From NCBI GenBank assembly GCA_050273025.1, contig CP158636.1, positions 8,246,001-8,310,000 on the forward strand: a stretch of DNA of 64,000 nucleotides, read 5' to 3'. Below the pieces are notes generated by a model. It had not been told where the DNA came from. It ran no database searches and saw only the letters and a program-made list of their open reading frames with translations. Made by a program: the position numbers and the translations under genes. Positions 1-13,110 of the stretch are shown in pieces. The stretch's first letter is position 1. Each line of letters opens with the position of its first letter. The stretch comes from Cenococcum geophilum (lineage: Eukaryota).

Positions 1-850
1 CAATTTTGGCGTAGAAATTCCAATCGCTATATCCCTTGTACCGCTGGCGTCCAAGCGGGTTTGGTCCGTGCGCAGCGCTTATGAATGTCGATTCGTCAAT
101 AGCAGTAACAATACTACGAAGGCGCGCGGCATTGAATTTGACCCATGTTTTGCCGAGTAGTTTGTTAGCGAAATTTTTTCTTAGCAAACCCCACCAAGAT
201 AATTAGTGAGACGGCACTTATGGCTCCACCACCTACGGAAGGCCAGAAGATTGAATATTTGACCCACCTATAATACGTGCATTCTGCAGAGGCTGCTTAA
301 CAAGCTAGAATTAATGTAAACACAGCTAAAAAGATTAAAGCACGCGTTGGTGCCTTCCTGGTAGAGTGCGAAGAAGCTAGTTTCCCTACTCCTATGATTA
401 AAGAGCAAGTTGCTAGGAAGCCTAAATCAGGTATAAAGCCTTAAACCTCAGTTTAAGAGATTATTAACTTAGTTAAAAGTTATACGTTAAATAATAAATA
501 ATAGAAGAAGCTTTAGCACGTCGTCGCAAAAGAGGATAGATTCTCCGACTACCACCGCTGTATGATTAAGAAGAAGCTCCGTGAGAGAGGCCTTCGCAGA
601 GCTAAAAGCACAAAGAAGTTAGGTCTTATAGACATTTAGGAGGTATAAAGATATAAGGTAGCACTCTTGCGAAAGGATTGGGGTCTAGTAGAGTAGAGAA
701 TAGTTATCTTCTTAGATAAAGCTTTTATTATTATCTCTATAAAGTAAGGGCACTAGAATATATTACAATTTCCTGATAAACGCTATTATCATGATTGCAT
801 TAAACGCTAGTATAATAACTACTTAGAAGCAATGTTTTGGGGATGCTTTA

Positions 851-1054
851 TGTAACCGACTACCGAGGCTCGCATCACGTCGTGACTCACCACCTCGTAT
901 GTCTCACTACCTATGTCTCACTACCTGTTTCCATTACCTATTGCCGACTGTAAGCGCAGTCTTCTTGCCACCATTTCATGTATATATACCACTTGATTTC
1001 CATAGATTTACAATTAAGTCGCTCATTCAATTCTTCCACACTGCAAAGCTTACA
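851..1054 (+). mobile_element. Solo LTR (TGTAACCGACTACCG family), copy 1
   Basis: TGTAA...TTACA termini; 5-bp TSD CTTTA at 846-850 and 1055-1059. Confidence 0.9.
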
Positions 1055-1326
1055 CTTTACGTACGATTAAAAAGGCCCTTATTATATATATTACCCCAAA
1101 ACTGCTAACTAAAAGTAAACCTACGAAGATGCGATTAAGATACTTAATACGGAGGAGCTAGAAGTTAAATGTTGGGCAGAGTTCGCACAATAAGAGAAGG
1201 ATAAGGAGGCTAAGTGGACAGCTAAAAGGTAGAGATTTCCGTTGAAAAGGGCCATTTAGGAGATATATTGGAAGAATTATTAGTAGAGGAGGAATGGGCG
1301 TTCTAGAGGAGGCGTAGACAATATAC

Positions 1327-1544
1327 TGTAACCGACTACCGGTACTATGCCAAAATACCTGCGTATCACCTGCGTATCGACTACGTATCGCCTGTGTATC
1401 ACTTACGTATCACGCTGTTTTAGTTACGTAGTAGTCTCCCCTTTCATCTTATTACCTGTGCCTTCCTCGTGTATATAGAGAGGCTCTAGAGCTACATCTT
1501 ACAATCAAGTCGCTCATTTATTTCCCACACTGCAAAAGCTTACA
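1327..1544 (+). mobile_element. Solo LTR (same family), copy 2
   Basis: TGTAACCGACTACCG...GCTTACA; TSD TATAC at 1322-1326 and 1545-1549. Confidence 0.9.
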
Positions 1545-2702
1545 TATACGCTACTTATACAAGGTAATCGTACCGTACTTAATTCCTTTTTATAAAGAGA
1601 TTATATTATAACGGCACAATTTAGATATATTTAAGTATGATTAACCTAGCTATGTCTTTTAGTAAGATAACGCTCCCTCGCACTCTAGTAAGTGGACTTT
1701 ACGCCTCCTTAAGAAAGAAGGTATCCCGTTATTAAAGTATATAGGCAACTCCCCCGATATAAACGCCATTAAGGGAGCTTAGATGCCTATAAGGATTCAA
1801 ATAACTTAGCAATGGGGTGCCCCTTATACTCTAGGGTGGACGGATAGAGCGTAGAGAGGTGCGTGGGATGACCTCCCATAGGCAAAGATTAGAGCTCTCG
1901 TCGCTAGAATGGCTGCCATTAATACCCTTATTATAGAACATAAAGGTAGAAATAATTTTCACGGGTAGTACTTAGATTTTGGTGGGGTTGAATCGCGATT
2001 TAAGGTATTTTTCGTGATGCGCATTTCTACTTTGGTGAGGCTCGCTTAAATATGGGTTAAATCCAATGCCGCGCGCCTTTGTAAACTTTAATTATTGAAT
2101 TAACTACTATAATGGTTCGAAATCGTGAAACTAAGGACGAAGATTTTGTTTAACCTACCCAATATCCTAAACTACCGTGTGGGGTTGCAAGAAAATCACC
2201 CCCTGAGTCCTCACCACTGCCTGATTTCGAGTATAGCAGAACGACTGACCGCTAACGAATGCGGTTAATTGATTGGTCGAGCTCGGGCCACAAAGTTATT
2301 GGACGGGTTTAACTATGCAAGGGATAAGGAGACTTTAGATACATTATTAGCGTACGTAGTAAAACTTTTTATACTCTATAACAGATATTAGAACCCCTTT
2401 AGACATATAAGATCTTTTCCGGAATGAGGCAATTAATCTGGAATCAAGCCGGTTAAAGCGATACACAACTCATTCTGGAACAAGGATAACTCGTTCCGGA
2501 ATGAGGCAGAAATGTTCCGGAATATCGTGTCAGCAGTCGGAACAGTTCTCTTGGCCAGAATGCATTCACGCGTGGAAGCAGTTGCGAAGAATACTATCAA
2601 CGCTGTCTCTCGAACGGTCCTCCGGGCACCACCGTCTCTCGCAAGCCCGCCTCGCTACCCACTGTTACAATCCCTCGTGCAAATACGAGCTCTGACTCCA
2701 TC

Positions 2703-4387
2703 ATGGAGTCAAGGCCAGTGGGATCCTACCCAGCCACTGGCATCGATGTCCTTATTGTAGGCACAGGGTTTGCTGGTTTGACAGCAGCTATCGAATGCAC
2801 TCGCAAAGGTCACAATGTGCAAATTCTTGAAAGAAATGCAACCACCAACACTGCGGGTTAGTGCTAGTAACACTCAATCAAGATTATAGACCCCTAATCA
2901 TTCATATAGGAGACATGTTCTTCATGGGCCTCAGCGCAACCCGATTCTTCAAGCACTGGCCGGAGCTCGCAAAAGAGTTTGACTCGATCTCTCTTCACGA
3001 TACCTGGCTTGAGACATTCAAGCATACTGGTGAAATGATGATCAAGCCTTTAAAGATGTCGGATCGACTGCGAGCTCAAGGACTGGATCCTGATACTCCG
3101 CCTGGTACCTTTCAGATGCGACCTCTTGTCTACAAAGTGTTTGTCCGCCAGGTTGAGAAGCTCGGCATCAAGTTAGAATATAACCGCCGTGTGGTTGACT
3201 ATTTCGAGGACGAAAAGACTGGCAAAGGCGGCGCTATCACTGACGATGGAAAGCGGTACGAGGCAGATGTTGTCATCGCTGCAGATGGAGTTGGCTCAAA
3301 GTCGCAGAAGCTTGTAGGCGGGCAAGTCAGAGCTAGGTCTTCTGGCAGAGCTATATGGCGCGCTGCATTTCCCATTGAGCATCTTGACAAGAACCCGGAA
3401 GTCAAGGAATTCTTCCATCTGGTCAACGGTACCGAACCTATTGTTCGAACTTGGTTTGGGTATGTTTCGCTTTCTCCCTCATACTCACAGAAACAACTTC
3501 TAATTTTGTTCAAGGCCTTCAACATACGCACTCACTCTGACACGAGAAGATTTGATGGTATGGATCATAAATCATGATGTAAGTTTGCTATTTTGGAATT
3601 GAAATTACCGTCAAATTTCAGGGCGCAATGCTCACAAGAGCTTAGGTGACGGGCAGTGAAGCTGAGTCCTGGAACCACACCATCGAGGTTGATGAAGTGC
3701 TCGATGGCATGGACCAAGTCCCCGGTCAAGCCAAATGGGCTCCTATATTCCGCGAGCTGGTCAAATGTACTCCTCCAAAGACTATCATCAACTTCGAGCT
3801 ACTCTGGAGAAACCCCCAGCCAACCTGGACATCCCCAGGCGCCCGTGTCGTTCAGATCGGTGATAGTGCTCATTCTTACCTCCCTGCATCAGGCAATGGA
3901 GCAACTCAAGCAATTGAAGACGCCATATCCGTTGCCTCGTGTTTGCAGATCGGAGGCAAGGAGAACATCCCCCAATCAGTGCGCACGCACGTCGGGTTCC
4001 GGTAAGTCCACCGCCCCCCCTGGGTCTCCAAAACGGTCATACTCACAGCACTGCAGCTTCGTCCGCAACTCCTGCGCCCAAAAGCTGGGCTTCTCTAACG
4101 CCGAGCTCCTCCAAGACACGGACTGGGAAAAAGTGAAGTTCGACCCCCGCCGCGCAGCCCCTAAGCTGCCCAAATGGGTCTGGAGCCACGACCCGGAGGC
4201 CTACGCATACGAGAACTACGATAGGGCTGTCGAGTCACTAAAGCAAAGTATCCCATTCGAAGACGACGACCGCATCCCACCGAACTATCCGCCGGGCTAC
4301 AAGTACGAGCCGTGGAACATTGAGCAGATCATGGATGATATGCGGCAGGGCAAGCCGATTGACTTGGGCCCGGGAGACTGGTCGTGA
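2703..4387 (+). CDS. FAD-dependent monooxygenase (salicylate hydroxylase-like, group A), 5 exons
   Basis: ATG 2703 leads to DVLIVGTGFAG (GxGxxG), DVVIAADGVGS (DG motif) and QIGDSAH..P..GNGATQAIED (GD motif). GT-AG introns at about 2857-2909, 3461-3514, 3579-3645 and 4002-4037. Confidence 0.9.
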
Positions 4388-5227
4388 GTGCCTTGGAGGA
4401 GCAGGAGCGGTCACGCCTGGGGGCTGGGTTGGTCCCAGCGATCGGTATTGCTCTTATTGGATCGGGTGATTGATTGAAGAAATGTTATCTGGCGGATGGC
4501 GCGGCTCTTCGCTCCCTGATGTCTCATCCAATGTTGTGCTCTACACCCCACTTGTATCAGCCCAATGGCTCCTTAAAAATATCATTTCCTCTCGCCTGGG
4601 ATAGACGCATCGTCATGCTTCCGTGTGACACATGGCCTTAGCAGCTCACACTTCTCCTAGGGTACTGCTGAGAACCTCTTGGGTCTCACCGTGCGGAATT
4701 TAGGACTCATCAGCTCACCAGAAGCAGCAGGCCCTTGATCAGACCCCTAATAGACTGCATTAACCTCCGGCCCTGCGGGGATGGACCGTCCTTTCGCCAC
4801 TGTAGGGAATAAGCAATGTGTTGAGTGATCGAGTTATACCAACCGCCGTTAAATTAAACATAAAGCAGGGGTACCACTCCAACTTGGCAGCCTGTGTCGG
4901 ATCTCCACCGGAAAATTTATTGCGATGTTTAGGGGTTGGAGATTGGGCTTGTCTGACTGTTACACGTCAGCTTCGATGACACTTTGATAGCTGCGCGTCG
5001 TGCAGGGAATAGCGTAAGCCATACGGAGGCCCATAGGCTTGGCTTTGGGGTGGTTTGCTACCAAGAGGACGGTTCACAGGATCCGGGCAAGGCAAAACTT
5101 ACACAGTTCTAAGAATGCGGGGTTGGATGAATATTACATGTTATGTAGGAAGTATAGTATACCGGTAAGCCCACGACATGCCGAAGCTACAGCCAACCCC
5201 TATCTACTTACTCGCCTCCCTAGCAAC

Positions 5228-6152
5228 TTACGTACCTTGTTTATCGGTAGTGGTGAAATTGCCCTTTTTCATTAGCCAGGTCTCAAAGTCCATTAGCTGT
5301 GGATACATGGCCATCAGCTTCGGGATGTCTACCCGATATCCGTCCGTCTTCCACCACTCCATCATGGGCCGCATCTCCGCGACGACCCACAGCAGCGCTC
5401 TGTCGAGGAAGTTAAACGTCGTGCCCGCGGGCGCGCCCGTCGTCCTCTGAGACATGGCGCTGATGTCGTCGAAATCCACCTCGCCGCCAGCCAACCCGAG
5501 CGTGTGGTGATCCCACTGCTCTGGATGAGTGAACGTGAGCGCGGCGAAGATGTCAATGTCGGCCGTTGTGATATGCTGCGTCTTCTTCGCGCCGAGCGTA
5601 TCGCGCAGGGTCGCCAGGAACACCTTGTGCGGGAACCCCGGGGCCAGGTTGTCCATGAAGCCGACGGGATAGAGGACAGTCCAGCCCATGCTGCCGGCAT
5701 GGTCGCGCAGGTGGTGCTCGATGTGTTATTTTGTCTGGAAGTGGCCGACGGGCGTCGGGTTGCTCCAGCTGGCTTCGTCGCCGCTGCGCTCGACGCCGCT
5801 GTAGACGGAGTGCGTGACGTTGTGCTTGACGTTTTCGTCGATGAGGGCTTTGCCCTGCTGGATCTCGCTGTCGGTGGTCACGCCGGGGCCTATAGGGACT
5901 TGCACGGAGAAGACGCCCTAAATAGGGGCGGGGTGACCTTGCTGGTGGCTAGAAAGATGGCGGGGATGTCATCAAGGTTGCGTTGAATCAGCTTGATGAT
6001 GGGGGACTTGGCAGCGAGTTTCTGCGCACTGGCTGAGTTGGTATCGCGAGTTACGGCAAGAATTGTGAAGTCGGAGGACTGGGTGAGGAGGGCGTCGATT
6101 ACAGCGCCGCCTTGCTTGCCCGTTGCTCCGGTTATGGGGAGAACTTTGTCAT
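5228..6152 (-). pseudogene. NmrA-like NAD(P)-binding protein, disrupted
   Basis: ITGATGKQGG Rossmann motif is out of frame with ATG 6152. In-frame stops at I*GVFSVQ (about 5920) and TK*HIE (about 5727). The C-terminal ORF 5228-5689 is NmrA-like. Confidence 0.85.
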
Positions 6153-6799
6153 TGTGCGGGCGGCGTGAAGGTTATGTGGGGTACTGAGATTGGGGTAAGG
6201 AAGTTCGAATACTTCTCCTGAATTCACTTACGACGGACTTCTGAAAGTACTCAGGCATATACAGAATTCGTGAATGTTTGGAAAGTATGTATATGGAGAT
6301 TTGATAGTGCCCGCATGAACTTCGTACAGACACGCATTATTCACCAATTGGGAATATTACTATATCCTGGTGGCTACTGTAGTGTACCATTGAATATCAT
6401 CTCAGCCCGCGCAATCCACACGTGACTCTCAGGTAGCAAGGGGGTCTGGAGATAGGACGACTGGGAACGATTGACGCTTGCATTCAGTATATTGAGCTCA
6501 TGGTGAGTCGATAGTTTTACTGTCAGATCTTTGGCTTAGCATATGATACGGCATTAAAACTAGTGAGCCACACTTTGTTTAGTGGATAAATAATAGATTT
6601 TGGATAGGTCCGTGAAATATGGATTTCGTAGATCTGAGTATAAGATTTCGTGGGAAGGTATTAATAGAAGATATGTTACCGTGGAACGTATATCAGGTCC
6701 AAGTATCAAAACTTGTGTTCGAGGATCCGCTGGTCCCTACTTGGCTTAATTCTCTCACATGTGAATTCGACAGAAACGAAAAGTGTAATCGTCATCGAA

Positions 6800-7369
6800 C
6801 ACTGCAAGGGGATCTAGACCAGATAGGATAGAAGCATATGTTTAAACTTACAGCGTGCAAGGACTGAGCAAGTATCAGACCCTCGTTTATCCAGAGTTTC
6901 CCTTAGCCATGTCGACAGAGCTATCGATGCGGATGAAAACGGTGCTGGTTATTTATCGACTGCATGTTGACAGCCGAGTGTACAATCGTGATAACATGCA
7001 TAGCTGTGGCCACCGCATACAGCCTCCAGTCTCCTTTGGCATGGGGTCTCCACGGTAGGTTACCCAGGTCACGAACCTGTATCCTAATGCCCCCAGAGTG
7101 CTAATAGGGCGGAAGAATCTGTTTCCAACGGTCCAGCAGTGAGGCCATTGCCGCCCAAGAAGCCTTGTGCGAGCTAAATGCTTAGGCGAAGAAGGTTGAG
7201 GGAAGTCGACAGCAAAGCTGGGACTATCATAAGGGACTAAGTGATGGCGTTTCTTATATCTCTTAGAAGTGTTTTTGGAATGTGGAGAAATGGCAGTAAT
7301 TATACCAACGAGAATAAAGGAAAATGTGATGCTAGTCACGGCGACAGCTTGTGAGATTGGATATGACAT
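6800..7369 (-). pseudogene. DUF1772/anthrone-oxygenase-like small membrane protein, disrupted
   Basis: Hydrophobic helices and an LGRQWPHCWTVGNRFFRPIS segment resemble DUF1772. A stop and frameshifts are needed to join the segments; the 3' end is approximate. Confidence 0.5.
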
Positions 7370-7899
7370 TTTGAAATGAAGTGTAGGTCTTGATTGGAGT
7401 ACTATTTTGGTGGCGGCAGATGCTTTGTTAGTCCTTTGGATTTTAAGGATAACGTTTGAAGAGAGGGCAAAGTTACCATAAATCTGGGACCTCTGTGTTT
7501 GTAGTTACCTGGTCTAGCCCGTTTCCCTATATGCTGAGCATGGTAGCAATTAACTACCTAGGTAGTGTAGCAGTGCACGGTGGAAGGTGGCTGAATCGAT
7601 AAAGCCTCAGGGAACCCTTCAATGACATCACGACTGTCACGGCTCTAATAATCAATCATGCGTGCAACAGCCTGGAGTAGAAGAATACGATCAGTGGGTG
7701 TCTTGATGCCCTTTGTGTTTTGAAAATGCAGAGTTTTTCTTTGACTACACTTTTTTCAACCTACATGAGATTTTACGATGCTTTTGCCTTTTATGTTCGC
7801 CCTAAGAAAACCTATTGCATGAGTAGAAAGATTGAATAGAAATATAGGGTATAACGATGCCGATCCATAACGCCCGTTCCACACCACTATGCAGTCAGT

Positions 7900-9924
7900 C
7901 TAAGCAATAATGGTATCTAGCACCCAATCCAGCCAGTTTTCCCAAGTCTTCCTATCCCATATGCCGCGCCCGCCCATATCCAGACTCACCTTGTCAGCTA
8001 GGACCCCTAACTTAGAAGTATTATCTCCGTTCCCATTAACTTCGCCATTTGTGGCATCGATACTCAAACCCTCTTCTTCTCGCCATTCCCTCTCAGCTTT
8101 CTCCGCCGCCCGCCGAATAACCACGTCGTCGTTCTCTGTCCGATACAGATCGCACTTCTCACATTCCGTGCACGCATTCCCGGGATCTTGTCTAAAATGC
8201 TGACAGAAATGCGCATAACTCTCTTTCCCGATCTCAACGCGACACACATAGCACATTTGGTAGCCGCACACGCACGTCAGCTTATTACAGCCTGAGGATT
8301 TGACGAAACTGAGGTTGCAGGCCGGACAGGTGCGTTTAATAGCGTCTGCCATGGCTCGCTCGACGGCCACGCGGAGAGCGGTACGCGCTGACTCGTGGCA
8401 TATGTGGATGTCGTGCCATTCGGTGTTACACGAGAGACAGGAACTTCTTCCGCAGAGAGGAGACTGGCAAATGAATTTCAGACCGCGTCGCTTTCGGGCA
8501 AGACGGGCCATGGAGGCCTCGAATGGTGCGAATACTGGGATTGGATGGGGGAGGAGATAGTTAATTGTGAGAAACAAGAAAAGTAAAAGGACTAGGAAAC
8601 GGAATAGCACGCGTAGCATCTCCATATACAGGATATGATGCATGGAGAAAGCGGAGAGGGCAATGACAGGGCGGTTCTTCAGTCGCCAGGCTAGTCGTGC
8701 GTTTGGAAGGCGGATTTCATCTATTTCGGCATATGTGCAGAATGGGCATTTGATCAATGGTAGCTGGCATTTGAGAAGCGTTTCAGATGCGGCGCGCTCT
8801 TCAAGTCGGCGCCAACTGTCCTCGCCGTCTTTGTCTTCTGATAGTGCTCTTTTGATGAATTCAGACGAAATGCAGCCCCGACAGTCCGTCAGGCCATCTG
8901 TAACGGGGGCAATGCAGCGGAGTGTGCAGCGCTCGGAGTTGATGTTGCGAGCCCAGCCTTGACCGTAGAGAGCAGCGTTGATAGAGTGTCTGATGCACCG
9001 GAAGCAGATGTAGTGGCCGTCTTCGTCGCAGGTGGAAATTTGTTCCATGGTGTTAGGTGTAAAGCAGCATTCGCAGTCATACAGCTCTCCAGCTTCCTCC
9101 GCCTGAGCTTCGTTAAGTTCAATAGCGAGCTCTCGGTCCTTGCTGGTTTGGTCAGCCTTTTGCTTGTTGAGGACAGGTAGGATCAACGTGTCAAAGAGCT
9201 CCTTGTCAAGCTCTGCGCTCTTGGTGCAAGCAAGTATTGGTATAGGAGGAGCCCCAGTTTTATGGTCCAGAGTCCGCCATGTGACAAGCGGATGATTTTC
9301 CGGGGATGGAGGCTTTCGCCTCATTAGAAAGGTAGTGATGGAGAACCTCCATGATTTTGATACTAGAGCCAGTAGCGTGGGTCTGGCCTGTGTGTAGGAA
9401 TAGTTATATTCCGCTAGAACTGCTCGGATGGTCGAGTGGCTAAGGCCCTTAAACTCCTGATATAACGCAGTTTTGACAGCATTCTTGTAGACTTCGGTTC
9501 TGAACCTGTCCTCCAGAGCTAGTGGAGCTCCTCGAGAGTCATCCTTCCTTCCAGCCTTGTATTTGTACGTGTGCTCCATTTCGTGATGCCGTCGCTCCTG
9601 TGGCATCCTATATCGTCCTCGTACCCACTTGTTACCGTGTTTCAGAAGGCTTTCGGTGATGACTTGTAGCCTACTCTCCCCGTCAAAAAAACTGAGCATC
9701 TCTCGAAAGACTTCCACCTGTATGTCGGGGAAGAGATCCGTCAGGGCTTTGAGATCCTCATTGAGATCTCGGAGGTTGGGTTCTTCAGGATCGGGGACAA
9801 GTGTTTCTAAATTCTGTCGAGATTCATTTGGACTTCGATTGCTTGAAGGAGTACCATCCGGTGTTATAGATCGCCGAGGTCGTTCTTTTGCCCGCCATGG
9901 GATTGTCATGAAGACGGAGGTCAT
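7900..9924 (-). CDS. RBR-type E3 ubiquitin ligase (RNF216/TRIAD3-like) with CUE-like N-terminus
   Basis: Intact 674-aa ORF: CECCF...C..GH.IC..C RING1, an IBR split by a hydrophobic insert, and CPAC.LSFVKSSGCNKLTCVCGYQMCYVC RING2. Confidence 0.92.
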   Translation of the reverse strand: MTSVFMTIPWRAKERPRRSITPDGTPSSNRSPNESRQNLETLVPDPEEPNLRDLNEDLKALTDLFPDIQVEVFREMLSFFDGESRLQVITESLLKHGNKWVRGRYRMPQERRHHEMEHTYKYKAGRKDDSRGAPLALEDRFRTEVYKNAVKTALYQEFKGLSHSTIRAVLAEYNYSYTQARPTLLALVSKSWRFSITTFLMRRKPPSPENHPLVTWRTLDHKTGAPPIPILACTKSAELDKELFDTLILPVLNKQKADQTSKDRELAIELNEAQAEEAGELYDCECCFTPNTMEQISTCDEDGHYICFRCIRHSINAALYGQGWARNINSERCTLRCIAPVTDGLTDCRGCISSEFIKRALSEDKDGEDSWRRLEERAASETLLKCQLPLIKCPFCTYAEIDEIRLPNARLAWRLKNRPVIALSAFSMHHILYMEMLRVLFRFLVLLLFLFLTINYLLPHPIPVFAPFEASMARLARKRRGLKFICQSPLCGRSSCLSCNTEWHDIHICHESARTALRVAVERAMADAIKRTCPACNLSFVKSSGCNKLTCVCGYQMCYVCRVEIGKESYAHFCQHFRQDPGNACTECEKCDLYRTENDDVVIRRAAEKAEREWREEEGLSIDATNGEVNGNGDNTSKLGVLADKVSLDMGGRGIWDRKTWENWLDWVLDTIIA

Positions 9925-10576
9925 GGTTTGGGCGAGTCTGCCTTGAACCGGTGCGGGTTTCTTGTGGCGCAGCTCCGCATTCTCTTGGGCCTGGCAACTT
10001 ATTAGTGTGAATACCCCCGAATAACTCTATGCCGTTAGATCCATTGATGGAAGTGGAAATCCTATACGATTAGGCGGCGATTTGGCTTTCCTAACTGTCG
10101 GGTTGTTGAGTGTGAATGCGTTGTAAGCTTCGCATCGGACGTCAGTCACCCGGTTCCGCGCGGCCTTGATGGCTTAGGCCAGAACACCTGACATATATCG
10201 ATCATTAGACGGATTTCACCTTGACCATCCACACCCTTTGACAAAAGTTAATTTCGCTCACATATGATTCGCCTGATTTCCACTAGGAGTTCCAGTATGG
10301 CCAAAAATAACGCGTTTTAAAACGATTACGATATTATTCGAAGCCTTCAGTTCGTTTCGATGCGTTTAGAGCACACAAAATCTCCCCAGTCTTCCAAATT
10401 GTGCATCACATATACGATCTCGCAAGATATGACAAAAGATGAGGGGATTTACATGAAGTCCCGCCTTTGCACTGTTCAAGATCGACCTCTTATGCTACCT
10501 AACCAGCAGTGAGTGGTTCCTACTAAGTAAAAGTTGGCATAGCTCATGACTTAGTATACTTACAAGGCATCTCACT

Positions 10577-10939
10577 GTGAGCACTCCATCGTCTTCTCCG
10601 CCAACACGGGATGCACGGCAGCCTCCCGCAATACGCAATGGTGCATCCCCGTCTCAAGCCTTCCGTGAGCGCTGCCCGTGCCCGTACCCCCGCTGTAACC
10701 GAGAGTTTACAGGGAGCTCCAGGAAAGGCAACATGTCTCGACATATAAGAACTAAACATGGAGCTCCCAGTAGTTCTGCTCAAGAGTACCCTTGTTCCAA
10801 GCAAGGATGTGGAAAGACGTTTAGGAGGAACGACGCGAAGCTGAATCACGAGCGGAAAGAACACCCTGAGTTAGATCGTCTTTCTACAGTTCCTAGAAAG
10901 CCGCGAGAAACACGGTTCTTTAGAATAAATATATGGTAA
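10577..10939 (+). pseudogene. Two C2H2 zinc fingers, 3' fragment of a transcription factor gene
   Basis: CPYPRC...RHIRTKH and CSKQGC...NHERKEH. No ATG before finger 1 and no obvious upstream exons. Confidence 0.6.
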
Positions 10940-11279
10940 ATCAAACGACAACTATGGCTGGGGGTCAGAGATTTAGGATAATTCTATTTAATTACTCGAT
11001 TCCAATATGGCCAGTTCTTCGTCGACGGTCGGATTAAAACGGATTCCTGACATCTTGGATATGTTCCAGTATTAATGATATATATGATGCGAGTGACCTT
11101 AAAACCTTTGATATTTCATTCAAGGATTATATTCTATGTTGTCCTTCTCCCAAGCATTCTACAGCAATTGGATAGAGCGATGAAGGGTTAAAAATACTTA
11201 AAAGGTCTCAATAGTTATTCTGAATCGTACCAGAATACCTTGCTAATTATCAGTACCTAAGCGAGGGGCACACCACGAC

Positions 11280-13110
11280 ATGATGTGCAGTCAGTCCCCG
11301 GGGGCTGTGTCGCAATTCCAACACAACTCACCTCGTCACCGCTATCAAACAATCTCATGCGCTTTAGTACCGCCCTATATCACCCAAGGGAGGTGTTTGT
11401 TTCACAATCCATACCCGCAATACGGTGACCGCCGCTCCATTCACGAGTATTTACGATCTACAAGTGTTCAAGGCCGCGGAATTTGGTTCGACAGGTACCA
11501 AAGACCACCTAGCCGATTTAGAGGCTACCAAAACTACTTGACCATGTGGTACCTAGCCGTAGCGCGAAATGTTGCTCAGAAACCCCTTCCCAGAAGAAGC
11601 TCTTCTAATGCATATAATGTAAAGGATGCCGATGCAGCCCTAGAGTCATTTAATCCGGTTCGAAAAGCACAAAAAGCCGAATCTAGCTTTTCCGCAATAG
11701 TTCGTACTCGTTTAGATGTTTTACCATCCATTTCTCAGCGCCGGTTGCAGCGCAAAAGAACTTTAGAGGTGGACGTTGGGTTTGCCTTAGCAAGAGATAA
11801 GCACAAGAGAAAGAATCGTCGTATTGACATTACCGGCCTAGCTTAAGTCTTGGGTAACCGTTCGTATAAAGATGCTAGAGTACTGCTCAATTATGGGAAA
11901 AGATCTAAGAACGACGACTTCCAGAAGCATTCTTTAGCAAGCTTAATCAAAAATAAAGTAAAACCACAAAGTCCACGAGCACTGTTAGATTCAATAAGGA
12001 CCGACATCCCAGCTTCCAAGGTCGCACAGGTCGAATCGCAAAACGGAGATACCTACACTACCAAGTTACACAAAAACCTAAAAGATGAACGAACTCTAGC
12101 CTCATCGATAGAGCGAAGCATTTCGTCGGAAATTCTCAATCAAGCAGCACAGACTGCTGAATTCAACAAGGCCCTCGGGGCACAGAGATCAAGCCGAGAG
12201 CGATATCTGAACGACTACTGGAAGCGACAGCACGAGGCCCCCGTTGCCTCGCCACAACGTCAAGGTACTGTGGATGGCAATCAGGACTTTAACTATGCTC
12301 AACTTGCCTTGCAGCAAGCGGAAGCTTCACGAGTGCAAGACCGAGGGCAGCTTGTTGTTTCTACGAGCAACAACCTCAACGCGAACCAGGCCATGGGTGC
12401 CTTTGGATCTATAGGCACACCTCAACCTTGACAAGCCCCTGGAGGCATCAATCAAATAAGTAATTTCTCCCTTAACACTCCTCAATTTCGAATAAGTTTT
12501 GGAGAAAGCACAGTCATTAAATATCGTCTATCTCTGGTCAATCAAAGTTGGCGAATTATTTTTGATCCATTTACGGAGAGGGGTCGAAGATTGTTCTCTA
12601 AGTTTAATGCTTTTAAAGAATACTTGGATAAACTGCAAGTTCTTAGGATGCTAATCAAGCGGGAACAGCCAAAGAGTCCACTACAATAGTCAAAAGCCCA
12701 CCTGAAATATCCATCCGCCAGAATCTTCTAAGCGGAACTTACGAAACAGGCGCTGTCGGGATATTCAAGGAGACAGAGCCAGTATTGTGTATAAAATACA
12801 CAATCTCCGAGGATATGACTAAGGGTGAGCAAGCCCGAAACAGGGCTCGTCTTAGCGCTATTGCAGATCGACCAAGGATTTTAAGGAGTAAAAGATCGAG
12901 TGTATTAGGTCAACGTTGGCGAACTCGTACGCTCACTCCTGATCAAAGGAAAACTGCAGCACTCATGCGGGTCGTCGGAGCCTGCTCCAACTGTGGAAAG
13001 CGCAAGGCACGGGTATGTGAACCTGAGACATTCCCGTGACTTACGCTTATTTTGACTCTAGTGTGAACCCTGGCATCCCGTGCAAATCTCCCCATTTAAT
13101 TCCGTTACGG
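11280..13110 (+). pseudogene. Decayed gene ending in a Zn(II)2Cys6-like domain
   Basis: Stop-separated frames at 11280-11846, 11850-12431 and 12785-13013. AALMRVVGACSNCGKRKAR, then a GTATGT...CTAG intron, then a broken CEP/GIPCKS. It is uncertain that all pieces belong to one gene. Confidence 0.5.

Larger units (their letters stand above)
117..2081 (+). mobile_element. Tc1/mariner DNA transposon, RIP-inactivated, interrupted by two solo LTRs
   Basis: About 34-bp TIRs (cgaaggcgcgcggcattgaatttgacccatg at 117; tatgggttaaatccaatgccgcgcgcctttg ending 2081), flanked by TA on both sides. Decayed ORF from ATG 220 to about 1968 with IF(S)DE-like and GNSPD(M)NAI(E) Tc1 DDE motifs. Confidence 0.92.

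Noticed and set aside
2512..2760. ORF resembling a mitochondrial presequence upstream of the monooxygenase
   Set aside because: It is out of frame with the ATG at 2703, which already gives a complete N-terminus before GxGxxG; no supporting intron.
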